Of a stretch of DNA of 57,999 bases, positions 21,694 through 30,815 are shown piece by piece. The DNA is from Magnetospirillum sp. (lineage in GTDB: Bacteria > Pseudomonadota > Alphaproteobacteria > Rhodospirillales > Magnetospirillaceae): assembly GCA_035298685.1 (NCBI GenBank), contig DATGXU010000244.1, positions 1 through 57,999 of the forward strand, given 5' to 3'. The notes beneath the pieces are model-generated. The model did no database searches and was not told the origin of the DNA. It saw only the letters and a program-made list of their open reading frames with translations. A program made the translations under genes and the position numbers. Each line of letters begins with the position of its first letter. The first letter of the stretch is position 1.

Positions 21694-22074
21694 TCAGGTC
21701 GAAGTGGACCGATCAGCGTCCCGATAAGCGCGCAGTTGCCTCTCAAGATCATCAGCTCGTTCAAGCTGCTGACGCGCGTACCCCTGCATGCAGCGAGCCT
21801 TTTCCTCTGCGATTTCGAGCGCCTTTTCGTACTCGACCAACATGGCATCCACTTCTGCGGACACCTTCGCTGAAATGGTAACCTTCTGATCCTGGAGGCG
21901 GCGCCGTAGGCGTGCCGCCTTGAGTTTGAATTTCTCGGCTTCTTCGCCGCGCGCGGCAGCCTCCCGCAACAGCGGCTTGAAATCATCAACGGCGCAGAAG
22001 AAGGCCAACAGATCGGGGCAGCCGGACAGGACGCGCCGATGAGCGGGGTGAAATGCGTGATCCAATCCCCTCAT
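21694..22074 (-). CDS. Hypothetical coiled-coil protein
   Basis: Charged helical C-terminal part of ORF 21694..22269; start uncertain. Confidence 0.45.
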   Translation of the reverse strand: MRGLDHAFHPAHRRVLSGCPDLLAFFCAVDDFKPLLREAAARGEEAEKFKLKAARLRRRLQDQKVTISAKVSAEVDAMLVEYEKALEIAEEKARCMQGYARQQLERADDLERQLRAYRDADRSTST

Positions 22075-22208
22075 GCGTGCTGGCACGCGAAAGGCTTCCT
22101 TGGCCGCACCGGGCGGCCCGTGGAAGGCGGAAAGGGGGAACGGGGCGCTGGGGGGCGGTTTACGGCCGTCTGCGTCAGGCGCATCTGATATACCCGCAGG
22201 GTGGCTCG

Positions 22209-23222
22209 TCAGGCCCCGGTGCCGGTAGCCGCTTTGAAGGGAACCAGAAGCTGGCGATCCTCGTCCCACAACGCCAGGCGGGCCGCAGCAAAGCTGGCGC
22301 GCAGGCCCAGCTTGGTGGTCGGCAACAGGTGGTCAACCGCTTGGTAAGCCGCTCGCAGCCTGTAGCTGGGGATGCGTGGCGCCAAGTGGTGGATGTGGTG
22401 GTAGCCGATCCAGCCGGTTACCCATTCCAGCGGTTTGGGCAGGACGTAACAGGAGCAGCCTTTCAGCACCGCTGGAACGAAGCGCCAATGGCTCTGGCGT
22501 TGCCAATACGTGGTCTCGAACTGATGCTGCACAAAGAAGATCCAGACGCCAACCATGTCGGCGACCACCGTCACGGACAGCGCGATGATCAAGAACCGGC
22601 CATAGCCGAAAACAGCTCCCCCGCAGAGAACGAGGGCGGCCAGGGCAAGGTTGGTCGACATGATGCTGTTGAGCGACCGGGTATCCCCTCGCCGCAGCCC
22701 GATCGGGAGGCGGTGGCGAATGATGAATTGGTAGGGTGGGCCGATGAGGAACAGGACGACAGGGTGGCGATACAGTCGATAGCCCCACCGCCGCATGGCG
22801 GACAATTGGCGATATTCCGCGACCGTCAGCGTGGTGATGTCACCTCGCCCCCGACGCGACAGGTTGCCCGAGGTGGCGTGGTGCCAATCGTGATCGCGCT
22901 TCCACCAGTGATAGGGCGTAAGGGTAAGGACGCCGATGATCCGCCCCACCAAGTCGCAGGCCCGCCGCTGGCGAAAGAACGAGTAGTGGCCGCAATCATG
23001 CTGGATGATGAAAAGCCGCAGCAGGAACAGCCCCGTAGGAGGAACGACAAGAAACGCCGCCGCATAGCCAACCTTCTCCGCCAGGACGAGGGCGCTGAAG
23101 AACAGGGCGGTGAACGCGACGGCGGTGATCCATAGCTGAACAAGGCTTCGAACGGTTGATGGGGTGGCAAACGGCCGAAGCAGATGTACCGGGTCCACGT
23201 CGATTGGTTGGGGGCGTTCCAT
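22209..23222 (-). CDS. Membrane fatty acid desaturase
   Basis: Three His boxes HDCGH, HDWHH, HHIHH and TM segments; start with GGAG RBS. Confidence 0.92.
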   Translation of the reverse strand: MERPQPIDVDPVHLLRPFATPSTVRSLVQLWITAVAFTALFFSALVLAEKVGYAAAFLVVPPTGLFLLRLFIIQHDCGHYSFFRQRRACDLVGRIIGVLTLTPYHWWKRDHDWHHATSGNLSRRGRGDITTLTVAEYRQLSAMRRWGYRLYRHPVVLFLIGPPYQFIIRHRLPIGLRRGDTRSLNSIMSTNLALAALVLCGGAVFGYGRFLIIALSVTVVADMVGVWIFFVQHQFETTYWQRQSHWRFVPAVLKGCSCYVLPKPLEWVTGWIGYHHIHHLAPRIPSYRLRAAYQAVDHLLPTTKLGLRASFAAARLALWDEDRQLLVPFKAATGTGA

Positions 23223-23427
23223 TCCGCCCTCCGTGGGCGCCATGCTGATCGTCACCTCCATATGTGGGGGCTTCTTGGACCGCGGGTGGCCTCGCTTCCG
23301 CAATCGTGCCCGGCCACTTCCCGTTGCTCTCTGTCCTCCGCAGTAATGCGACGGACTATGGAGCATGGCCGCGAACTCCAATCACTGCGGATGGGTTCAC
23401 ACCTCGACAACAGTACGGAGGCCGGCC

Positions 23428-23907
23428 ATGGCACAATCACTCGTTCAGGCGCTGGAGGGATTGAATTTCCCCTGCGATCGCGCCCACGTCCTCGAATTCG
23501 CGGACGAGCACGATATTTCCCCGCGCGCCAGGGATTTCCTGCGGCGCCTGCCCGAACAGCAATATGCCAGCATGGGCGAACTGTTCGCGGTGCTGCCGTC
23601 GAAAGGCTCCCTGCGCAAAGCCCGGCAAGAGCTCGGACCGGCGCTCGCACCTGAGCCGTCGCCCCCACAATCCCCAATGGCGGCCACTCCCGAAATTCCG
23701 GAGGATCAATGGGACGAGGAACCGGAACACGACCAGCCCGCCATGACAGGGGGACGGCAAGCGCAGCCCACCGAGCCGGCCCAGGAAGCGGGTATGGCCG
23801 CTTTCGCAGGGCTGGACCCGTTCGGGCTGGCCAGCCAGTGGCAGCAGGCGTGGCTCAAGGGCGTTGAAAGCTACACGCGGCTGTTCATGCCGTGGCTGCG
23901 CCGCTGA
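23428..23907 (+). CDS. DUF2795-like protein
   Basis: ALEGLNFPCDR...LRRLPEQQYASM pattern; GGAGG RBS; acidic/Pro-rich tail. Confidence 0.7.
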   Translation: MAQSLVQALEGLNFPCDRAHVLEFADEHDISPRARDFLRRLPEQQYASMGELFAVLPSKGSLRKARQELGPALAPEPSPPQSPMAATPEIPEDQWDEEPEHDQPAMTGGRQAQPTEPAQEAGMAAFAGLDPFGLASQWQQAWLKGVESYTRLFMPWLRR

Positions 23908-24071
23908 GCCGGAAGAACAGCCGCTTGGTTGAAGCCATGACGTCGGCGCCGAGCGTCCGCCTCTGCACGGCTCAGCCCGGCGGCCGTCACCTGCAGGCTA
24001 TCGAGGATGGCGGCAACCGGTGGGGTCCAGATTTCCCCGGCGATCATCGGGGTATAAGAGACTGCCGCGCC

Positions 24072-24374
24072 TTAGGGGTTGGTGTCCTCATACATGACCG
24101 GTTCGCCCAATTCGCGCCACGAGAACAATTGGAAGGCCCGATGTCCGTTATAGTCCAGGACCCGCAGATCATCGCTTTCATGCAAATCCTCCGTCACCTG
24201 GTGAAAGTGGCTGCCATAGCGTGCCCGCGCCAGCTCGACGGGGATTTCATAAGCGATGAATTTGGGGATGCCCTTGGCCTTCAGTTTGGCGACCAGGGTC
24301 GCATTGGTGAGCGCGTCGAAAGAGGTGAGGATGACCAGCGACCCGCCCCCGGTGAACAGCAACCCGACCTTCAT
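24072..24374 (-). CDS. Conserved-looking hypothetical protein
   Basis: 100-aa ORF with GGAGG RBS (MKVGLLFTGGG...RVLDYNGHRAF). Confidence 0.7.
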   Translation of the reverse strand: MKVGLLFTGGGSLVILTSFDALTNATLVAKLKAKGIPKFIAYEIPVELARARYGSHFHQVTEDLHESDDLRVLDYNGHRAFQLFSWRELGEPVMYEDTNP

Positions 24375-24526
24375 GACGGCCTCCTCATGATCCAATCAGG
24401 AGGAAACATGGTGACGGGAATTGCATGGGGGCAAGAGATGCTAATGGGAGATCGGGCGGCGCGCCGGCATCGTGCGGACTCCGGTGACGGCACGCCATCC
24501 GCTCGGAGAAATCCTCGCCCTGTCCA

Positions 24527-24889
24527 TCAGGAACACATTGATTTAACCGTCGACAGAAGCGCAAGGGGTTGAAATGGCTTTGACAGAACGCGTCCAGCCT
24601 TGAACCCGATGGGAAGCGTCTCGCGGCCATAACCGGTCAGAAACACGAAAGGAATACCGCGGGCGGCAAGGATATCCGCCACCGGGAAAATCGCCTCTCC
24701 GCGCACATTGACGTCCAGGAGCGCCACGTCCATCTGCCCATTGCGTGCGGCATCCAGCGCCTGATCCAGGCGCCCGAAGGGACCAACGACTTCATAGCCG
24801 GCATCTGCGAGCGCCATCTCAATGCCCATCGCCACCATCACCTCATCCTCGATCACCAAGATGCGCTTGGTGCCGCTGTCACTTCTCAT
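24527..24889 (-). CDS. Single-domain response regulator
   Basis: ILVIEDE, ALLDVN, FLTGY, LSKPF receiver motifs; overlaps the upstream kinase stop. Confidence 0.92.
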   Translation of the reverse strand: MRSDSGTKRILVIEDEVMVAMGIEMALADAGYEVVGPFGRLDQALDAARNGQMDVALLDVNVRGEAIFPVADILAARGIPFVFLTGYGRETLPIGFKAGRVLSKPFQPLALLSTVKSMCS

Positions 24890-27800
24890 GCATCGATCCT
24901 TCCGCATGGCAAATGTTGTATTCGGTCAAAGGGATGACCAGCGTGGCAACAAGCCCCCCCGGGCGGTAGTCCATCTCGGCGTGACCGCCCAATTCGAACG
25001 AAAGACTGCGCTTGATCAACTCGGAGCCCAATCCGGTCCGTTCTGGCGGACGCACAAAGGGGCCGCCGTTTTCCGCCCAAACCAGGACCAGCAGCCGTCC
25101 ACCGTCACGGTGCTCCAACGTCCATTCCAACATCAGTTTGCCGGTTCGGTTGGAGAAGGCCCCGTATTTGACGGCGTTGGTGGCAAGTTCATGGATGACG
25201 ATGCCGAGGGTGGTTGCCTCGCGCGGCCTCAAGGCGACTTCCGGCCCGTTGAGGCAGGCCCGCGCCCCCTCGAGAACGAACGCATCCAGCTCTGCCTGGA
25301 GCAGTTCGCTCAAATCGACGTCGGACCATTCCTTGGCGGATAGAATGTCGTGCGTCTTGGCGAGACCATGGATCCTACCAATGAAACTGTCGGTGAATTC
25401 CCCGACACTGGTACAGCGCCGCGCCATCTGGCTCGCCATGGATACGACCACGGACAGGATGTTCTTGACCCGATGGTTAAGTTCCGCCACCAGCAGCCGC
25501 TGGCGTTCCTCGGCATGGACCATGTCGGTGACGTCAAGGAACGTGATGATTGCCCCGTTCACCTTGTCGTACATGGTCTGATAAGGGACGATCCGCATCA
25601 GGTAATGGGCGCTGCCGTCCTTGCGGACGACCTTTTGCTCGATGGGCTCCGAGGTTCCCACCACCGCGTGGACGTCCTCGACCAGGTTGTCATAGTCGAT
25701 CAGGCTGACAATGTCGGCGAGCGACCGTCCACGGTCGTTGGGTATGAGCTTGTAAATCTGCACCATCGCCGGGGTGAAGTTCCGGATGATCAGATCGCCA
25801 TCGAGGAACACCGTCGCTATGCGCGTAATGTCGAGCAGATTGCGCAAATCCGCGCTGGCGCGGTCGAGTTCATCAACCTTGCTCGCCAGTTCGGCATTCA
25901 CCGTCGCCATTTCCTCGTTAATGGACTGCAGTTCCTCCTTCGAGGCTTCCAGTTCCTCGTTCGACGATTGCAGTTCCTCGTTGAGCGACAGCAATTCCTC
26001 GTTACTGGATTTCAATTCTTCCGTGGCGGTTTCGTACTCCTCCACGGTGGTTTGCAGCCGCTCGCGGGTTTGCTGAAGATCCTGCTCCAGATGAAGCAGC
26101 GCGCCGTCCCGGTCGGCGACGCGGGATGCCTCGGCCTGCGCTATGTCATCGGCATTGCGGATTGGACCGACATCGGTGAACAAAATAATCCAGTAGGGCT
26201 GCCCGTCGATCTCCGGCAGGGGCTCTATGGCGATATCGACAGTCTGAATGCCGCCATCGATGTGGACTGCGACATTCTCGCGCGACACCGGCCGCCCGGT
26301 TTCCTGCACTTCGCGCATGGCCGACCGCAACGGCAGGTTCAGTCCGCCGCGTGCCAGGGCCAGAAGATTGCGGGTGGGGGCACCTGCGGGAGCCTCAAGA
26401 TACTTACCGGTTCGCGCCGAAAAATGAATGACGTCGCCATCACGATTGACCAGCACATGCGCTGGCGCGTACCGATCCAACACGCGGCGCTCGAGATGGC
26501 GCACCGCGTCGTCGCCCCTGGCCGGGCGCGACGTAAGGGGCGATCGAGACGGGCGGCTGCCGCCTGTGGCGTTCAAGGTCGGCAGCACGGGCAGGCGCGT
26601 CGGCATGTCCTTGCGCAGGTAGATCCGATGCTTCTTGTCCACGGGGGCGAACAGGCTGCCATGCTGCGTCAGGTTCTCTGCGCTGCCCAGGAACAAAAAA
26701 CCACCCCGGCGCAAGGCATAATGGAACGTTGGAATGACCTGGGATTGCAGATCCGCATTGAAATAGATCAAAAGATTGCGGCAAGAAACCAAGTCTATCT
26801 GCGAAAACGGCGGATCGCGAAAGATGTTGTGAGGCGAGAAAAGACAGCACTCACGGATTTCCGGACAAATCGTGTAGCTTTCACCGTCGCGTACGAAAAA
26901 CCGATCCAGACGCGCGGGTGAAACGTCCGCCAGCAGGCTGGCGGGATAACGGCCAAGCCGCGCGATGCCCAGGGCATCCTCGTCGATGTCGGTGGCGAAA
27001 ATCTGCAGACGGGGCTTCGAGGCCATGTTGTCCATCTGCTCGCGCAGCAGGATGGCCAGGGAATAGACCTCCTCGCCGGTGGCGCAGCCCGCAACCCAAA
27101 CCCGGATGCTGTCGCCCTGCCCTTTCCCCTCCAGCAGCTTCGGCAGGACCAGTTCCCCAAGGCGGCCAAAAGCCTCGGTATCGCGGAAAAACGCGGTCAC
27201 ATTGATCAGCAGGTCGCGGAACAGGGCTTCGGCCTCACCCGCGTCGGCCTTGATCTGTTGGACATAGGCCGGCAGGTCGCCGATCTGGCAGACCCGCATG
27301 CGACGTTCGACCCGCCTTAGGAAGGTTTTGTCCTTGTACCGGCTGAAGTCGTGCCCGGTGCGCTGTTGCAAGGCGGCGTAGATAGCGGCCTTGCAGTCTT
27401 CAACGGACTCGAGGTCATGGTTTTGCCTGCCCATCGCGGCCACGAAGCCCGGGAAACCATCGGCCAGCGCCTCGATCGACAGCACGCGATCGACATATCC
27501 GGTACTGATGGCGGCGTCGGGCATGCCGGAGTAGCCCGGGCGACTGCCGTCGCTTCCCTGGGCGAACGTCATCCCCCCGGCCTCACGCACGGCCTTGAGG
27601 CCGATCGCGCCATCGGTGCCTGTCCCGGACAGGATCACGCCGACGGCGCGTTCGCCAAAATCCCGGGCGAGGGAACCCAGCAAAATATCGACCGGGTTGC
27701 GCTCGTCCTGACGTGGCTTGAGCTCCATATGTCCGTCGACCGTGGTCAACACGCTATCGGGGGAATTTAGGTAGATATGCCCAGGCAGGATCGGCTCGCC

Positions 27801-28001
27801 ATCACGCGCCGCCACGGTCGGCATCTTGGTAACCCGGCCGATGATCTCGGGCATCAGGCTGTCATGGTCAGGGGCAAGATGAGTCACAACGATAAAGGCT
27901 GCCCCGGCCTGCGGAGGCAGCCGCCGGAACAACCCCGTCAATGCCTCGACTCCACCAGCCGACGCGCCAATCCCCACTACGGCGAAGGAAGAATTGTCCA
28001 T
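24879..28001 (-). CDS. CheB methylesterase-CheR methyltransferase-PAS-HWE histidine kinase fusion
   Basis: GASAGG/THL/SGTGTDG (CheB), VWVAGCATGEE and SCRNLLIY (CheR), coiled coil, ELNHRVKN / HELATNAVKYG / WAE (HWE kinase). Confidence 0.93.
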   Translation of the reverse strand: MDNSSFAVVGIGASAGGVEALTGLFRRLPPQAGAAFIVVTHLAPDHDSLMPEIIGRVTKMPTVAARDGEPILPGHIYLNSPDSVLTTVDGHMELKPRQDERNPVDILLGSLARDFGERAVGVILSGTGTDGAIGLKAVREAGGMTFAQGSDGSRPGYSGMPDAAISTGYVDRVLSIEALADGFPGFVAAMGRQNHDLESVEDCKAAIYAALQQRTGHDFSRYKDKTFLRRVERRMRVCQIGDLPAYVQQIKADAGEAEALFRDLLINVTAFFRDTEAFGRLGELVLPKLLEGKGQGDSIRVWVAGCATGEEVYSLAILLREQMDNMASKPRLQIFATDIDEDALGIARLGRYPASLLADVSPARLDRFFVRDGESYTICPEIRECCLFSPHNIFRDPPFSQIDLVSCRNLLIYFNADLQSQVIPTFHYALRRGGFLFLGSAENLTQHGSLFAPVDKKHRIYLRKDMPTRLPVLPTLNATGGSRPSRSPLTSRPARGDDAVRHLERRVLDRYAPAHVLVNRDGDVIHFSARTGKYLEAPAGAPTRNLLALARGGLNLPLRSAMREVQETGRPVSRENVAVHIDGGIQTVDIAIEPLPEIDGQPYWIILFTDVGPIRNADDIAQAEASRVADRDGALLHLEQDLQQTRERLQTTVEEYETATEELKSSNEELLSLNEELQSSNEELEASKEELQSINEEMATVNAELASKVDELDRASADLRNLLDITRIATVFLDGDLIIRNFTPAMVQIYKLIPNDRGRSLADIVSLIDYDNLVEDVHAVVGTSEPIEQKVVRKDGSAHYLMRIVPYQTMYDKVNGAIITFLDVTDMVHAEERQRLLVAELNHRVKNILSVVVSMASQMARRCTSVGEFTDSFIGRIHGLAKTHDILSAKEWSDVDLSELLQAELDAFVLEGARACLNGPEVALRPREATTLGIVIHELATNAVKYGAFSNRTGKLMLEWTLEHRDGGRLLVLVWAENGGPFVRPPERTGLGSELIKRSLSFELGGHAEMDYRPGGLVATLVIPLTEYNICHAEGSMHEK

Positions 28002-28224
28002 TGTTGTTGCTATTCCAGCAGGGGCCGACCCAACCATAGGGATTGCCCACCAAGAGATGCTAGCCTTAGGATATTTACCCAGATATTTACCCAGCAGGAC
28101 CACTGCTGGATACAGATATGATGCATATATGGCACGCGGCATAGGGGGCGCGCCGCCAGTCGCCCACGTTCACAATGGGGATGACCCCATGCCCCGGGTT
28201 ACCCACGGCCTTGGGTGCGAGCCT

Positions 28225-29241
28225 TCATGATGAAACTGCGCAGACCGCTTCCCCACCGGAAAGGGCGCGATCCTTGGCGCGGTACAAGCCGGCGTCGGCC
28301 CGGGCAAGCAGGGCGTCTACGGTCTCACCGGATCGCCATTCCGCTACGCCGACGCTGACCCCGATGGTGAAGTCGGCACATCCGGCGGGAGTGGTGGCGC
28401 ACGCCACCTCCTGGCACAGGCGTGTCGCCACCTTGGCTCCCCCGGCGGCATCGGTCTCAAGCAGAAGCAGCGCGAACTCATCCCCGCCCAGGCGAGCCAT
28501 GACGTCGCCCGCCCGTAGCTGAGCCGCCATCTGGCGCACCACCATCTGCAATGCGATATCCCCCGCCGCGTGGCCATAGGTATCGTTGACGCATTTGAAG
28601 TTATCGATGTCGATGCAAAGCATGCACAAGGGTGTCTTGTAGCGGAGTGACCGTCCCAATTCATGCTTGGCGACCGGCAAAAATCCACGGCGGTTGTAGA
28701 TGCCGGTCAAGGGGTCGGTGTCCGCCAACCGCTCCAGTTCGGCGTTCAAAGCGTTAAGCTCTCGGGTGCGCTCCTCGACGCGCCGCTCCAATTCGTCCTT
28801 GGCTTGGCGCAGCGCCTCCATCGCCTCTCGGCGCTCGGTTGTGTCGCGGATGACTTGAGCGAAGCCGATATCCGCGCCATCCGCCCCACGCACCGGCTCG
28901 ATCACCACCGTAGCCCAGAAGCGGCGGCCATCCCGCCGGACCAGCCATCCTTCGTCGCCATAGCGGCGATCATTGCTGGCCAGGTCGAGGGCGCGCAACG
29001 GCTCGGTCGCTTGACTCTCCTCGGGATAAAAACACGAGAAGTGGCTGCCGATGATATCGCTATCCTGATACCCCAGGATCCGCCGGGCGCCGATATTCCA
29101 GCTCAAAACGCGACCGGCGGGATCAAGCATGAACACGGCATAATCGTGAATGCTGTCGATCATCAACTGCGCCATGGCGCTGTTCTGCGTCGCCCGGTGG
29201 GACGCGGAGATAGTTGCTTCGAACAGCGGGAGCTCGGTCAC
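28225..29241 (-). CDS. PAS-GGDEF diguanylate cyclase
   Basis: PAS (SWNIGA, RRDGRRFWA), intact RLGGDEF with RAGD I-site. Confidence 0.93.
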   Translation of the reverse strand: MTELPLFEATISASHRATQNSAMAQLMIDSIHDYAVFMLDPAGRVLSWNIGARRILGYQDSDIIGSHFSCFYPEESQATEPLRALDLASNDRRYGDEGWLVRRDGRRFWATVVIEPVRGADGADIGFAQVIRDTTERREAMEALRQAKDELERRVEERTRELNALNAELERLADTDPLTGIYNRRGFLPVAKHELGRSLRYKTPLCMLCIDIDNFKCVNDTYGHAAGDIALQMVVRQMAAQLRAGDVMARLGGDEFALLLLETDAAGGAKVATRLCQEVACATTPAGCADFTIGVSVGVAEWRSGETVDALLARADAGLYRAKDRALSGGEAVCAVSS

Positions 29242-29301
29242 GGCGAGGATCTTCCATCGGCGGCGAGGAGCAGGAATATATCCTTCGCCGCCGATACTCT
29301 A

Positions 29302-29571
29302 TCACACCACGGCAGCGCGGTGGATTGCCATCTCTGACTTGGCTGGCGGGGACAACACCACCGAGGCAATCGGCGTCCCCGACGTCCAACGGGCATAGAA
29401 GCGGCGGCACATGCCGTGCCTTCCCGTAATCGAGACCATCACCCCTTCCATTCCCACGAAAGCCGGCACGCCCCTGGTGATCACATTGACGCCGGACAAC
29501 ATGTGCTGGTCGCCGTCGGGCGCCTCGGCGATCCAGCAGCCGCCCAGGCGACCGACCAATGTCGAATGCAT
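29302..29571 (-). CDS. Hypothetical protein
   Basis: 89-aa ORF with a purine-rich upstream region. Confidence 0.35.
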   Translation of the reverse strand: MHSTLVGRLGGCWIAEAPDGDQHMLSGVNVITRGVPAFVGMEGVMVSITGRHGMCRRFYARWTSGTPIASVVLSPPAKSEMAIHRAAVV

Positions 29572-29767
29572 GTTCGTTCCTTCCTCTGGTTCGCACCAGT
29601 ATGGGGCATGGAGCCATCGTCGGTGGGGGCCAGACGGTGCAGTACACCGAGGAGCTTCCATTGGTCCGAATATCCTAAAAGACCGCCAAGCCAATGCCTT
29701 GCGGTGGTTCGGAACGTTCGCGCCGGACCACTGTCCACGAATCGGTAAGGATGATCAGTGGTCGGTC

Positions 29768-30274
29768 ATGGCAGAATCGTTCTCGGGCAAGCGGAGACGC
29801 CGTCTGGTGGCAGCTTTCGCGCTCTGGATGCTGGCGGCGGCCCTGTCTTCGACGGCCCAGGCCGCCGATCCGCGCGGCACTTGGCTGACCGAAGACAAGG
29901 ATGCCGCGCTCACCATCAGCAGCTGCGGTGCTCGGCTTTGTGGCCGGATCATCTGGCTGGAGAGCGCGAGGGATCGCGGCGGGGCGCTGCGACGGGATGA
30001 AAACAACCCCGACCCCGGCAAACAGAGCCAACGGATCTGCGGCCTGGTTGTCATCAAGGAGCTTGAGCGTTCGGCCCCCAACGTCTGGGCCGGCACGGTT
30101 TACAACCCCGAGGACGGCAAGACCTATCAGGGCAGCATCACCGTGCTGTCCCCGGACGCGCTGAAGGTGCGCGCCTACCTCGCACTGCCGATCTTCGGCA
30201 AGAACCAGACGTGGACGCGGGTGAGCGCGGCCGCGGTCAATGCGCTGGACTACAATTGCCGCAGCCGGGGATAG
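29768..30274 (+). CDS. DUF2147-like secreted protein
   Basis: Signal peptide, GTWLT, CGRIIW, DENNPDP, YNPEDGKTY, QTWTR. Confidence 0.85.
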   Translation: MAESFSGKRRRRLVAAFALWMLAAALSSTAQAADPRGTWLTEDKDAALTISSCGARLCGRIIWLESARDRGGALRRDENNPDPGKQSQRICGLVVIKELERSAPNVWAGTVYNPEDGKTYQGSITVLSPDALKVRAYLALPIFGKNQTWTRVSAAAVNALDYNCRSRG

Positions 30275-30298
30275 GAACTTGGCGGGCAAGCGGTCGTT
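30274..30298 (+). promoter_or_regulatory. Sigma-EcfG-type (general stress response) promoter
   Basis: Exact GGAAC-N16-CGTT ending 35 nt upstream of the GlsB-family gene. Confidence 0.7.
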
Positions 30299-30333
30299 GA
30301 CATAGGCATCGCTGGGTGTGTGGGAGAGCGCCG

Positions 30334-30591
30334 ATGTCCATACTCGCGTGGCTGTTTCTTGGCCTGATCGCCGGCTTCATCGCCAGCAAGATCGTCAACA
30401 AGACCGGAGAGGGCCTTTTTCTCGATATCGTCATCGGCATCGTCGGCGCCATGGTTGGCGGCGCGTTGTTCAACACCCTTGGGGGCGTGGGCGTCACCGG
30501 CTTCAATCTCTGGAGCCTGTTCGTCGCCGTGGTCGGCGCGGTCATCGCGCTGTTGCTCTATCATGCGGTTGCGCGGCGCCGGAATCTTTAA
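30334..30591 (+). CDS. GlsB/YeaQ/YmgE-family stress-response membrane protein
   Basis: MSILAWLFLGLIAGFIASKIV...GIVGAMVGG...VAVVGAVIALL. Confidence 0.92.
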   Translation: MSILAWLFLGLIAGFIASKIVNKTGEGLFLDIVIGIVGAMVGGALFNTLGGVGVTGFNLWSLFVAVVGAVIALLLYHAVARRRNL

Positions 30592-30815
30592 CCGCACCGC
30601 CCTTGCAATCGGGAGGCGGCGGCGCCAACTGATCTTATAGAAGCTCTGTAGGCGGAATAAGCCCCGCCCGCCATTTGGAAACGAAGGGTGAGTAAGGCTG
30701 CACAAGCCTGAAGCTGCCGGATAGCATCCGGACAGGGCATACCGAAGGCCCGCCTGATGAAGGACGGGCCTTCTGCGTTCCGGAACCGGGCAGAAACCCA
30801 TGGGGGAGCCCGCCC

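Noticed and set aside
22140-22200. Possible oriT-like sequence (GGGGCGCTGGGGGG...GATATACCCGC)
   Set aside because: Only vague resemblance to nick sites and no relaxase nearby.
28070-28093. 12-bp tandem repeat GATATTTACCCA x2 upstream of the CheB/CheR gene
   Set aside because: Only two copies; could be an operator or slippage, nothing further supports a function.
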